A DNA stretch of 64,000 bases from assembly GCA_013265495.1 (NCBI GenBank), contig MU058065.1:5368976-5432975 (forward strand), read 5' to 3'. A program made the position numbers and the translations under genes. Below are positions 11,886-24,104 of this stretch, one piece after another (within the stretch, counting starts at the first letter, position 1; each line of letters begins with the position of its first letter). The notes below the pieces were generated by a model. The model saw nothing but the letters and a program-made list of their open reading frames with translations. It made no database searches and had not been told where the DNA came from. This DNA is from Vicugna vicugna. Lineage: Eukaryota.

Positions 11886-13619
11886 ACCAAAAGTGAAAGA
11901 AGATTCGTGTAAGAGAACAATGATGTTTAGAATTTACTGGGAAATGCTGGGTTGGGGTAGAAACAACCCCCATAAGAAAACCTCACATTAAACTGCTGTG
12001 AAATCTGCCCAAACAGAGCAATCATCGAGAATAAGAAAATAAACTAAGGTACAGATCCTTCTACCATCATTAGGAGACAGACAAAAAATGTACAGCCTCC
12101 ACCGGAATGCCTCTTCAAAGACCTACAGAGCCTGTGTCTAAACACCCACCACAAGACACAGCCCTGCTGGTCATTCCCAGAAAAACTTAAATTCAGCCAC
12201 GTTCCTCTTTAGTGCCACCTTATTAACACTCATCTGGCTCCTCCACTCCCTTGTGTGTGGTATCTTCAACTGGCTGGCCCAAGGTTGGTCATGGATCCCC
12301 ACAACCATGCCCTGATCTTTGACTCTCTCCCTGGCACCCTCCACCCCATGGCCTGTAATACCACCATCATACTTTATTTTCATCAATAATTGGTTAGGAA
12401 TATGATTCTGTGTCTTAGAATACAAGCACGTCTAAAAATTTCACTGGGATCTTGCTTAGGGGCTGCTAGAGTTTGTCTGCAGTTATTCCTGCTGCATTAA
12501 AATCTGAGAATCACCTGACAGTTCTTGGGGCACAAAGTCCTCAGAACATGCCCTATGAATGGCCACCTCCTCTGCCAGCCCGTGGATGAATTTCACTGTC
12601 CCCTTTGTTTTCTTGAGAAGTTTCATGAGCACGGCCTGATAACAAGGTGTGACAAAGCTAGCTCAACAACAATAGGTCCTGGAAAGAGGTCTGCCTTAAA
12701 GACAGAAACAAAACGAGGTAAAGTGGGAACACGACCCCACCCAGAATGACATATGCGAGGCAGAGGGGTCTCAGGGCCTTTCCCAATAAGTTAATAAGTG
12801 GACAGTTTATGGAGTAACTGTGATTGGATGTAAGGAAAAGAGATGCTTTGAAGTTCCACTGACATCATCTTCAGTGAGGCCAATTAGCCACAAGCAGACA
12901 GAAATCAAGCCGGGGGCAGGGAGTCGTGGGGCAGAGGTGACCCTTTTCAAGAGGAAGCAGGTCACCTGTGCTGCAGAAGTATCACAGACCCAAATCAAGG
13001 GACAGGAACACCAACAGAAGCTGAAAAGCCGACAGGGCCACCCCGCCACTGTGATGCCTGCCTCACTTCCCAGCTGTAGAATGGAAGTAGCAGCACCAGA
13101 CGGAAAGGTGCTTTACCTCTCAGGTGCTACTGCAGTGGGGATCCTGCTAGCAAACTGTTTCTGAAAAGTATAACATTAGTTCTCCACCTAAACAACAGTA
13201 CCCAGTGAAGGCAGTGATTTTTATGGATCAAGCTTTCATATAAGCCACAGTTAAGTACATACAATAAAGAGTAAATAATAGTTATTTTATCAATCATAGC
13301 TTTTTAAAAACTTAGCCTTATTCTTGGAACTTGTTTAGAATTTTTTCCCAAATCACCCAGATTCACAATTATTCCAAGCCAAAGACTCCTTCAGATTGAT
13401 TTGGACTTTAAGCCAACTTAGAATCAAAAACCTATATTGCTTTCCTAACTGCCAGTTGTGGTTGTTTCAGCCTAGGAAACTGTGATTTTCCTCTTTCACA
13501 ACTTAATTTTGAAATAACCTCTCATGACTTTCAACCATGTTTCCTCAGAGTGCTACTTTCCTTCCGCATAGTTTAAGTGGAAAGGAAACGGGACAGTTAT
13601 GCCCTAAGTCTCTACCAAG

Positions 13620-15176
13620 CTTTCTGTTTCCCTTGCTGTTTCCACCACATCTACAGGTACTCTCTCCACTGAAGTCTTGAATCCCTCAAAGTCAGCCGCG
13701 AGGATGGAAATCAACTTCTTCCAAACTCCTGATAATGCTGACACTTTTACTTTTTCCCACGAATCATGAACAGTCTTAATGGCATGTAGAATGGTGAATC
13801 CCTTCCAGAAGGTTTTCAATTGGCTTTGCCCAGACACATCAGAAGAATCACTATCTATGGCAGCTACAGATAGCCTTACAAAATATATTACTGAAAGTCG
13901 AAATTACTCCTTGATCCATAGGCTACAGAAGGGATGCTGTGTCAGCAGGCATGGAAACAACATGCATCTCATTGGACGTCTCACCAAAGCTCTTGGGTGA
14001 CCAGGCGCATTGTCAATAAGCAGTAATATTTTGAAAGGAATCTTTTTTCTAAGCAGTAGCTCTCAACAGTGGGCTCCAGGCTTTGTTGTTCCATTGATAG
14101 AGCACAGACAGGGTAGATTTAGCGTAATTCTTAAGGGCCCTAGGATTTCTGGAATGGTAAATGAGCATTGGATTCAACTTAAAGTCACCAGCCATATTAG
14201 CCTCTAACAAGAGAGCCAGACTGTCCTTGGAAGCTTTGAAGCCAGGCACTGACTTCTCCTCTCCAGCTACGGAAGTCCTATGAGGCATCTTCTACCAATA
14301 CAAGGCTATTGTGTCTACGTTAAAACTCTGTAGTTCAGTGCAGCATCTTCATTAATAATCTGAGCTAGATCTTCTACAGCACTTGCTGCTTCACTCTACT
14401 ACACTTTTTTATTATGGAGACAGCTTCTTTCCTTAAACCTCATGAACCAACCTCTGCTCACTTTAAATTTCTCTTCTGCAGGTTCTTCACCTCTCTCAGC
14501 CTCACAGAATGAAGACAGTCAGGACCTTCTTCTGGATTAGGCTTTGGCTTAAGAGAACATTGTGGCTGTTTCTTTGTTCTATCCAGATCATTAACACATT
14601 CTCCACATCAATAAGGCTGTTTCACTTTCTTATCATTCATGTGTCACTGGAATAGCACTCCTACTTTCCTTCAAGAATGTTTCCTTTGCACTCACAACTT
14701 GGCTAACTATTTTGCACGAAAAGCCTAGCTTTCAGCCTGTCTTGGCTTTCAACATGCCTTCCTCCCTAAGCATCATCATTTCTAGCTCTTAATTCAAAGT
14801 GAGAGACGTGTGACTCTTCCTTTCACTTGAACAGAGAAGGACGGGGCAATGGCCTGTCGGAGCGGTCAGAGCACGCACAGTTTATTTATAAAGCTTGCCG
14901 TCTTACATGGGTGCAGTTTGTGGCACCCCCAAAACAATTACAACAGTAACACCAAAGATCACAGATCACCATAACAAATGTAATAAGAATGAAAATGTTT
15001 GAAGTATTGCAAAAGTCACCAAAATGTGACGCGGAGACACAAAGTGAGCAATATGTTGGAAAAATGGCACTGATGAGACTTGCTTGATGCAAGGTTGCCA
15101 CAAACCTTCAACTTGTGAAAAAAATGCAGTATCTGAAGTGCAGTAAAGCAAAGTACAATAAAACAAGGTCTGTCTG
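13620..15176 (-). mobile_element. Tigger1 (TcMar/pogo) DNA transposon, 3'-truncated, with decayed transposase
   Basis: Minus strand starts cagacagaccttgttttattgtactttgctttactgc (Tigger1 5' TIR-like). ORF remnants '[46 protein letters not shown]' (14049-14288) and '[26 protein letters not shown]...[10 protein letters not shown]' (13604-13837) match the Tigger1/TIGD1-type DDE transposase, with frameshifts and deletions. Confidence 0.93.
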
Positions 15177-15247
15177 CATACTCAACGTTTGATGGCTTCG
15201 GTGGAGTATTCCATGAAACTGGCCTGTTGTAGAATTAGGGGTGAATC

Positions 15248-15281
<34 letters not shown>
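15248..15281. repeat. (TG)n microsatellite
   Basis: Perfect TG run. Confidence 0.95.
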
Positions 15282-15284
<3 letters not shown>

Positions 15285-15659
15285 ATTTTGTTTTTTAGCA
15301 AAGCTGGCATGGCTTGAAGTCCCAAAGGCTGAAAACGCCCTGAGAGATAAACCTAGAAGCTACAGTAACAATTTCCAAGGGAAGCAGACCATGGAACAGA
15401 AGTCCTTCTTGTTCAACGTCAGTAGGTTAGAGGGAATAACTACATAAAAATCATAGAATGTAGGGGGAAAAAAAATTTCATTCTGTTGGGCTACAAGGCT
15501 CATGGAAAAATACTCGACGGAACCAGGAACTGGATTCAACAACAGCCATGTTTCCTAGAGTTACATATATTCCTGTCTGTGACTCGTATCTGATGCTTTC
15601 CACAAAGCCACCTGAATTCCGCTAAGCTCATGCACTACCTCCCTATACATTCCCATTAA

Positions 15660-15885
15660 TAATAATTAGCATCTGTGTAGAATTTATGGTTCTCTAAACA
15701 CTTTCACTTTCATAATCTCTCTTGATCTTTTCCATACCCCTGTAAGGTAAAAATTATTACTCTAATTTCATTGATAAGTAAGCAGAGAAGTAAATTGCCC
15801 AAGGTCATACAGCCAGTAAAACAAAAACAACAACAACAAAAAGCTAAGAATGAAGGTCTTCTAACTTCAAGTTCAAAATTTCCAT
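15660..15885 (-). mobile_element. MIR SINE
   Basis: 'cagagaagtaaattgcccaaggtcatacagccagtaa' antisense MIR core. Confidence 0.7.
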
Positions 15886-17339
15886 TTTACTCTGGCCCTC
15901 CCCTCCTCCCCGCCCCTGCAGGCTGCAACAAATTTGAAGTTATGCTACTGATCAGCAGCAATTGGTTTGAAATAAGAAATCTTTGTATTTAAATATAAAC
16001 ATGAATATTTCAAAATTGCTAATTCGGGCCAAATGTTGGGCTGAAAATGATTGCCAGCCTCTTTTGAGTGCTCCAACCCCCTTAAACCATTTGTTCTCAT
16101 ATAACATTTCGCTTAAGATGTAATACACAATACACATATAGTGTTTCCCATGTACAATCCTTTCCAGCTTCTAAGTCACTTTAGGCCATCAAAAGAAAAC
16201 ATAAAATAACTCTGGAGCTCTAGACTTTGGCAATCACCTTGTGCAGAGGGAAAGGGAAGAGTGGGAAGAGTTTTAACAACGGAGGAAATCCAGATTTCTC
16301 ATTAGTCATGGTCTAAAAATGACAACCTCCTGCCGTCCAGCAGGCCTCCCTCCACTCCATCCCACAACCTGCAAGCTGAAGCTGGCACAGCCTGCTGCAG
16401 ACCACATTTTTTCTGCCTGGCAACCCATCTACAGACCTGAGCAGGGAACCCATTTCTGCCCAACTTGCAGTGGTCCTCATGGCTTTAGGGGCAGAGTACC
16501 ACCCAGGAGGGCTGGATTGAGGCACCTGAGAGGACCCAGCTGCAGTTCCAGCCCTGGGCCATGGCATCTGGCCACCTAGAGCCCATCAAGAAGTAGAGCC
16601 AACACCAAGGCCCCTCCTCATGCACAAGCCTCCTTCCCCACCCAAGAGCTCACAAGTGAGTTTAATAAGCTTGCCCTGAGTACTCCCCCAGGCTTCCCAC
16701 CCCCAGAGGCCTTTGTTTATCCAACCTGACCACTGTCAGGAGAGTCTGGTGAATAAGGTGAGAATGGTTACCCTCCCTCCCATCAGAGCTGGCAGAAAGC
16801 AGAGTAACCACACCTTACAGCTCAGAAGGAAAGGAGTGTGTAATTTATGAAAATCAGGAAGGGGTCCTGGCCCCAGATGTATTTCTCCAACAACTCTTCA
16901 GCCATCTGAATACATAGGGTTAAACCTAGGTTTTTATCTTTAAATAAAAGGTTTCATTTATTTAAAGATAAAACCTAAAAGAAAGGCAGTACCAGGTATC
17001 TTTGGCAGGGAACCCCTCTTCCTCTTCCTCCCTCTCTTTCACTCTGAGTTCCTTACACCACAGCCCCCACATTACAAGCTGTCCATACTTCCCTTTACAA
17101 GTAGGCACAGTCCAGTTCTCTCAGCATTTCCCAGCTCTACCTCCCTTGTTCCCCAAACCAACACATTTTCCCTTAGGCATAGAATTATGATTTGCTCGTG
17201 AATTTAAACCCCTGACAGAGGCCTGTGCTCCAGATGCAAATATGGCTAAAAACTGTTTATACCCTTTTCCCAGGAGGACAGATACATTCCATCCAGTCAT
17301 GGTTCTAGGCCTTGGCTACATGTACAGGCACCAAAGAAC

Positions 17340-17800
17340 TGGCTTGAGTTTGTTTTTCCACTTTGATGGCGTCTTAAATTGAGATCTTGGGAAACAGACT
17401 CTAAGATAGAAAGCTGCCTGCTGACGGTTTACTGGGGACGTCTCTCGGGATACAGGGAAGAGAAGAAAGCAGGATGGGGCAGAGGGAGAAACTAACCAAC
17501 AACGTGGTTGCACCAGAGACTTCAGGCAATCCGATGGGAAGCTCTAAAACTGGGGTGGCTTATAGGAGTTGTCCCAAACCGAGAAAAGAGGCCAGGCCTT
17601 TCAATCCCTTATCAGCCAGTCACTGGCCTTAGGTTGCCTGTAGGAGGGGGTACATACCTTGGGTGAGGCAGTTCTCTGTGGCCGAGAGCAATTCCTAAGT
17701 GACAAAGCTGTGAGCCATTAGCGGCCAATATTCCCAGGAGCTGGGGACAGATGTATAACTTCTGAGGAGGAATCTGGATGGAGCATTATAGCCCACGATA
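17340..17800 (-). mobile_element. ERVL-class LTR (LTR16/LTR33-like), probable 3' LTR of the adjacent provirus remnant
   Basis: 'agttgtccca...ccaggcctt...cagccagtcactggcc...ccttgggtgaggcagttctctg' motifs typical of ancient ERVL LTRs; abuts ERVL internal sequence. Confidence 0.55.
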
Positions 17801-17829
17801 GCCCCCCTGATGCACTTGTTTTTTATAGT

Positions 17830-20800
17830 AAGTCCACCCCATCAAAGGAATAGTTTTTCCATGATTCCGGCTGACTTTGTTTCCAGGAGAAACTTAAAAG
17901 ACAAAGACTTATGCAAAGAAAACTCCTTGCTGCTACAGTTGATCTCAGGGCTGAGACTGATAATCACTATTGTCTCTTCGCCCACATTTGTTCTAGATCC
18001 CCTTCACTCTTGGCTAGAATCTTTGCTGGTCTAAATGGCTTATCTGGTGCAGTGACCCAGACTTTAACCTCTGAGGGCTCTGAGCTCCTGACTCCTACGT
18101 CAGGTTCAGGCAGTGGCTGTTGTGCTTTCCTATTTTCTACTAAAACTGGGCAGGGAGTCCCAGTGGATCACCTAGAAGTCAAACATCTTCCTCCTTGCTC
18201 TCTTTGAGTAGCAGGAGTCCTACGTCTTCCTAATAATGAGGTCCATTACTCGTAACAGCATGTAACACCTTTCCTTGTCTGCTGGTCTCCTGACACAAGA
18301 AACCCAAAGTGACCCAGGTGGCAGCCCTTACTGTGTCCCCTTGTGGAAGCATTCTTCCTCTGGGAATGAGATGCACAGACCCCAGAGCTGTGGGAAAGGG
18401 AAGTAGCAATTCCCCAAGCAGGCCACTGAGAATGATAGTATGGGGCCACTCCAACTTCTACCTCTTTGGTTTCCAGACTCCTGTATTCCACCTATGAAAG
18501 AGCACCACAGGATGGTTATTGATTTAAGGCTCTTACCTTAAATGGAGGATGGTGTCCCAGCTTTACAGGACATTATTTTCAAGCTGGCATTTAAGCAACT
18601 TTTTAATAGACCATTCTACCACTCTATCATTCTTGTGGCTTCTGGGTAGTGCAGTAAATGATAAGACCAATGGATCCCCGGCCATGTGCCCACTGCCACA
18701 TGTTCTTTTGCTATAAAGTGGGTCCCTTGGTCCAAAGCAATGCTATGTAAGGTCCCATGTCAGTAGATTAAATGTTCTGTAGGTTATGAGGGAGTAGTGC
18801 TTGCTGAGGGCCTGTGAGCAACAAGGCAAACTCATAGGTGGAGTATGCATCAACTCCAGTCCAGATGAACTGGTGCCTGTTTCAAGGTAGAAGGTGTCCA
18901 ATGTAGTCAAGTGTCTGGTTGGTCTTCTCAATAGATGGAGCCATATTAAAGGCTCAGCACTGGCCTCTGTTGCTGCCAGTTGGATATTTGGCAGCGGATG
19001 TAGTTAGATCAGCCTTGGTGAACAGCCCTGACCCTGACACCATGACTATTCTTTGCTTTTACTCATTGTGCCAGCACTAGGATGGTCCATGCCAGACGGG
19101 CTGATGTCACCTGGCTAAGTCACTTTACAACTTTGTTGTTTTGTGCCTCTTTTTGATAGCTACTGTCTTGTGATCCTTCATGTGCAATACAAAATTCATG
19201 CCCGTGCCCATAGATCCACCTGGACCTCCTTGTCCCTGATCTTCCAGTCTTTCTCCTTCTAAGCCTCTAATGAAGCAGCAAGGCCATGAGTCTACATATA
19301 TTCCTACATAGGGCCACTTCACTCTCCACAGAGTGGATGACCCAGTGCACCTCCTGGAACTCTGCCCCTGGAGGACTTCCCCTCACTGGGGTCTTTCAGA
19401 GATTCCCCAAGTGGGTCTTGCATGCAGTCACTCAGCGTCTTTGGCTTCTATCCACAAACCTAGCTGATCAATCCATGAACCTGACTCAGGTATTCTCCTT
19501 CTCTGTCGGCCGGTTGGTTACGAGGGACCGTGGATTGGCCACAGATGTGCGCATAGGCGCAGTGCTGGTACAACAGTGGCGGGTGTTGCGGGGTCTGCAG
19601 CATCTGCTCCTGCAGCCTCCCTGTGGTCCTGTGGGCGCCTCTTCATGAGTGGACCACTCCCCTCTTACAGTGGAGCGCTGCTGAGTCCACCGTGCCTTGC
19701 GACTTGGAGGACCTGACACCACCCGCTCATGCGGGGCAGGTCTGGCTGCGTGGCCACTTGATGTCCTGTGGTCAAATGCTCAGTCTCTACCAGGGCCCAG
19801 AGGTGTGGCAGATGCTGCTTTCTCACTGGTGTCTACGTCTTTGCTTCTCTCTCTCTCCAGGGCCTAGTTCTAGAACCCTGGGAGCCCACATTGAGATTTC
19901 CCATTGGTGCTTCCCGTGAATGATACAGAGTGCATTTTTCTATCACCAATGCCTTAAGCACCACAGGGGTGCCAGGCCAGGTGACCCTAACAGCAGAGCT
20001 CCCTCCATCACAGCTTGGGCCTGCCGCAGAGCCTTGCCCTTCTTTGGGCCTGCCTCACAGCAAACAGCCTTCCGGTCCTCCAGTTAACGGGCAGGAGCAG
20101 CATTCCAAAGAACAACACATGCTGCCTCCGGAATCTGAAGCATCGTGCGTCCTTCTTGGCAATGGGAGATGAAGGTGGCAGTAAGTTTTCCTTTACTTAG
20201 AGATCTCCCAACATGGTCCAGGCCATCTGACTCTAGAAAATGTCATGAATGCAACAGGCCCCTGAATCTTCCTAGGGTTTATTTCCTGCTGTCTGGAGCA
20301 TGTGTGCCTTACCAAGACCCCCAACATACCTGCCATCTCTTGTTATCTGGTCTGATTAATACAGCATCGTCACCATAATGGACCACTGTGGTGTTCTAAG
20401 GAATGTCCAGATGGTTCTTGTCCCTTTGGTCTAGAATATGATACAGGGCAATGGGTAGAGTTAGTATGGCCGTGAGACAAAGTGAAAAATGGTTACTCTT
20501 GTTGGTTACATTGAATGTAAATTGTTTCTGACCATCCTTTCTAATAAAGGTAAAAAAGAACATATTTACAAGATTAATGCCAGATACCATAACCTAAGGC
20601 TGTGTTCATCTGCTCCAAACAAAGAAACTCATGTCTGGCTTAGAGCTACAGTTGGGGCAGCTACTTGGTAAAGTGCCTGGTTTTTAAGGTTTATATTAGA
20701 GAATGAAATGGGGGTCTGATGGGGACTACCATCCTTGCTTCCTTAAGTCTTTGATGTCTGGCATGCAGTATTGATTTTGATTCACTCTCTTGGCTGGCAG

Positions 20801-20960
20801 AGGGGGCTGGCAGTGTCAGAGGTTTCCACCTGGGTTTCCCCACAATGATAGCTCTTACCCTTCAGGCAGGAGGGTTCTGGCAAGTCCCAAGTAGTTTCAT
20901 TCCAATTATACATTTGGGGACTGGAGAAATGACCATCAGGTGGGTCTGGATCAATGACCA
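17830..20960 (-). mobile_element. ancient ERVL (ERV3-16A3/ERVL-E-like) internal region with decayed pol (RT, RNase H, integrase)
   Basis: Minus-strand translations: 'INLVNMFFFTFIRKDGQKQFTF...ALYHILDQRDKNHLDIP' (20396-20590; cf. ERVL RT IDLANAFFSIPIxKxxQKQFAF...DLDHLDIP), followed by 'VVHYGDD' near 20365-20388 (YxDD); 'KWPYVGIYVDSW' (RNase H-like, near 19290-19320); 'TKADLTTSAAKYP..QQQRPVLS' (integrase N-terminal region, near 18950-19020); 'GRMLPQGDT' and 'GHFGFLV...QQTRKGVT' (near 18250-18370). Many stops and frameshifts. Confidence 0.88.
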
Positions 20961-21014
20961 CCAAGAGTGTCTTCAGGATTCAGCCTCTTCAGGTATAAAA
21001 TGAAAGTTAACGTG

Positions 21015-21180
21015 GATGTGGCAGAAAGAGTCTTAGACTGGGACTGAGCATGACCCTGGCTCTGCCAAATTTCCTATGTGATCTTACACAAGTACTTCAC
21101 CATCCTGGGCCTCAGTTTACAATCTATAAATGAAGGACTAGATATGACATCCACTCAGGTTTCTTTCAGTTCAAATAGTC
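21015..21180 (+). mobile_element. MIR SINE
   Basis: 'tgtgatcttacacaagtacttcacc...gggcctcagtttacaatctataaatgaaggactaga'. Confidence 0.75.
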
Positions 21181-22404
21181 AATATTCTTTGTGTGTCTGT
21201 CACCAGTCCTAAAAGCAGATAGGCTCAACCCTTTCTAAAAACAAACTCCATTTTTATGCCAACTTTCTTATGGAAAGTTTCAGGTGTGAAGAGAATCAGC
21301 TTGTGAAACAGATGACTGAGCATTTCTCAGAATAAACATTTGCCAACGCTAAGTTAGACAGGGAATTGCCTGGAGTTATGAGCTTCAAATGCAGCATTAA
21401 AACTCTTAATAGGCCTAGAGATTCATTTGGCGATTTAGTATTTATTAATATCCCCACTGATTTTATGTTCACCTCCAAATTCAATGCAAATGCTATTTTT
21501 ACCAGCATCTTTATTACATTCATTGAATGGCATGAAGGCATCTTGTAGAATTACATACAGACATGTCCTGAAGCTGCTTTTAGAAATTGCTATTTTTATT
21601 CCATAGAGTTAATTGAACCTGCTGCTATATATCTAATTTATGTAAAGTACAAAGACAGCAAGTTGTTAAACAAAAGTGTTTTGGGTGCATAATATTAGGA
21701 ATCACTCCCTTTAATGTTAAGGAATACAGGCTATCGAAATGATCTTTCTCTCCTAAATGTAATAGATGAATTTTATTTATGGTTGCATATTATATGTATT
21801 AAGATCTGTGTAATCCAATAAATATGGTGGAATGCAACAATTTTCCCTACTAGTATTGGCAGATAAAGTTGCTTAAGTCAATATTTTGGTAATTTAAGCT
21901 TTGATAACCAGCTCTTGAATATATTAATGATGATCCATTTCACTACACATTATGATCTGGATCAATCTGTCTATCCCCTCTTTAAATAGATCTAACTGGC
22001 TCAACTTCCACTCACAGATGTAAAGTACCATCAGCACACATTACTTTTTAGTACTGCTTCCCTCCAATATTGATTTTTAATTTTTCTGTCAAACAGAACA
22101 TGTGCTCTCATCCTGTAACGAGGATACACACACACACACACATACACACACACCCCACCAGCTGAGTCATCACACTATATGTAATTTCCCTAATAATGTA
22201 GGAACTGTCATGCATGAACATCAATATTGTTTAAGTTATTTTTTTTCCAAGAAACAGAAGCTGACTTTGACTTGCTTAAATAGAGGAGGGGAGAAGAGAC
22301 ATTTATTGGAAGGATCCCAGGCTATCACCTAGAATCAAAAGGAGAGCTGACCAGACTCAGACAGCAAAGGAGCCCAGGGATTCCCCTGTCCTCAACAGGA
22401 GGTA

Positions 22405-22600
22405 AGTAACTGATATACGTCGAATATTTACTGTGTATCAGTCCCTGTTCTATGTATTTTAAAGGTGTTCTCCCATTTCATCCTCAAAACGGTATCATGA
22501 GGTAAATACCACCATCTCCATTTTAAAGATAAGGAAGCTGGGGAAACGGAAGTTAAGGAATTTGCCGAAAGTCACAGAGCTAATGAGAAGTAGAGGCAAG
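22405..22600 (-). mobile_element. MIR SINE
   Basis: 'ccattttaaagataaggaagctg...gttaaggaatttgccgaaagtcacagagcta'. Confidence 0.75.
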
Positions 22601-22879
22601 GCTCCACGCGGCGCACACATGCTGCTTCCTTTCCAGAGCACAGCCACCAGGTGGCCCAGCACCACCAGCCGCCACTCTCCACGTGTCACTGTTTCAGGTC
22701 CCACAGGCCTGGGAGACTCTCCCTCTGACTCTCCTGGTCAGAGAGGCAGGCCCTTGCCACACAGCCATGGCACGTAGGGACAGCGCCTACAGGTCCCAAG
22801 CTGGCCCCTGAGAAAGAAACCCTTGTAAGCCTGAAAGTCCAGCCAAGGAGCTTCTATTGCCTTGTTGCAGCAGGTAAAC

Positions 22880-23035
22880 CACTGAGCTTGGTCTCACAAG
22901 ACCTGGTTTCTAGTCCCTGCTCTGGTGCTAATTATATGAACTTGGCGAAGCTTAATCAACTTGAGCTTCAGTTACTTCACTTATAAAATTAAGCAGCTGG
23001 ATTACACTTACCCTAATCTTTCCACCCTTAAGACT
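22880..23035 (+). mobile_element. MIR SINE fragment
   Basis: 'agacctggtttctagtccctgctctg...gagcttcagttacttcacttataaaat'. Confidence 0.65.
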
Positions 23036-23522
23036 CCTTTATAGTTAATAAAAACATAGGTCACCCTCACAGGTGGCACCTCCTTCAGCTGCCATGTGCT
23101 TGAGAACTCTGACGAAGCTCTACAGCGCCTCGCCTCCAAAAGTCTTTATGAAATCAGTCATAGGAATCTTTCACCTTTGGGGACATTCCCATGCCTTCTT
23201 CACTGAGGCATCATGGAGGCCAGAAGAGGAGCACCTGGATTCCATAGTGCTAGGGGCTCCTCTGAGAAAACCGCCATATGCTTATCATTCCCCATGTGTC
23301 ACTTGGCCTCCTCCCCAGAGGATGAGCTATCTACACAGGATTCTGACCTGACACCAATAAAATACACATTTTATTGTCTCTTTGTCTACCTGGTTGCCTC
23401 AAGTAACCATCTTGAAATTAATCTTCCATTGTTCCTTTTTCTCTATCCTTCTGACAAGGAATCTCAAAGTTCAAGGAGGCAGAGACTTAAAGGCACCTGG
23501 GGGGTTTATTGAGTTGTACAGG

Positions 23523-23897
23523 TGCTACAGACTGAATGTTTGTGTCCCTTAAAATCTCATGTTGAAGCCCCAATCCCTAAGGTGATGGTATTTGGAGGTA
23601 GGGCCTTTGGTGGGTGATTAGGTTTAGATGAGGTCATGAGGGGGGAGCCCCCATGATGGGATTAGTGTCCTTACAAGAAGATGAAGAGACCAGCACACTC
23701 TCTCTCTCGCACCACGCCCCTCCCCACACCACATAAGGACACAACAGAAAGGTGCTTGTCTACTCTCACCAGGAGATGAATCAGCTGGCATCCTGATCTT
23801 GGACTTCACAGCCTACGGAACTGGAGAAATTGATTCCTGCTGTTTGAACCACCCAATCTATGGTATTTTGCTCCAGCAGCCTGAGCTGACTAAGACA
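23523..23897 (+). mobile_element. MaLR solo LTR (MLT1A/MLT1B-like)
   Basis: TG...CA termini ('tgctacagactgaatgtttgtgtccc' to 'gcagcctgagctgactaagaca'); 5-bp TSD-like acagg (23518-23522) and gcagg (23898-23902). Confidence 0.9.
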
Positions 23898-24104
23898 GCA
23901 GGTGAGCTGCTGAAGGATGTGAATTTTAGACTTGAGTACATAAATCCAAGTGTTAGCCCTAAACCCAAATCTTTCTTGTCCCACATAACCAATTAAATTA
24001 CCAAATATGAAGTTACTCCAAATATACAACAATCCACTATTTTTCCAAAAACAAGATTTTTTTAAAACCTTTTAATCAACATGAATACATACATTTGCAG
24101 GAAT

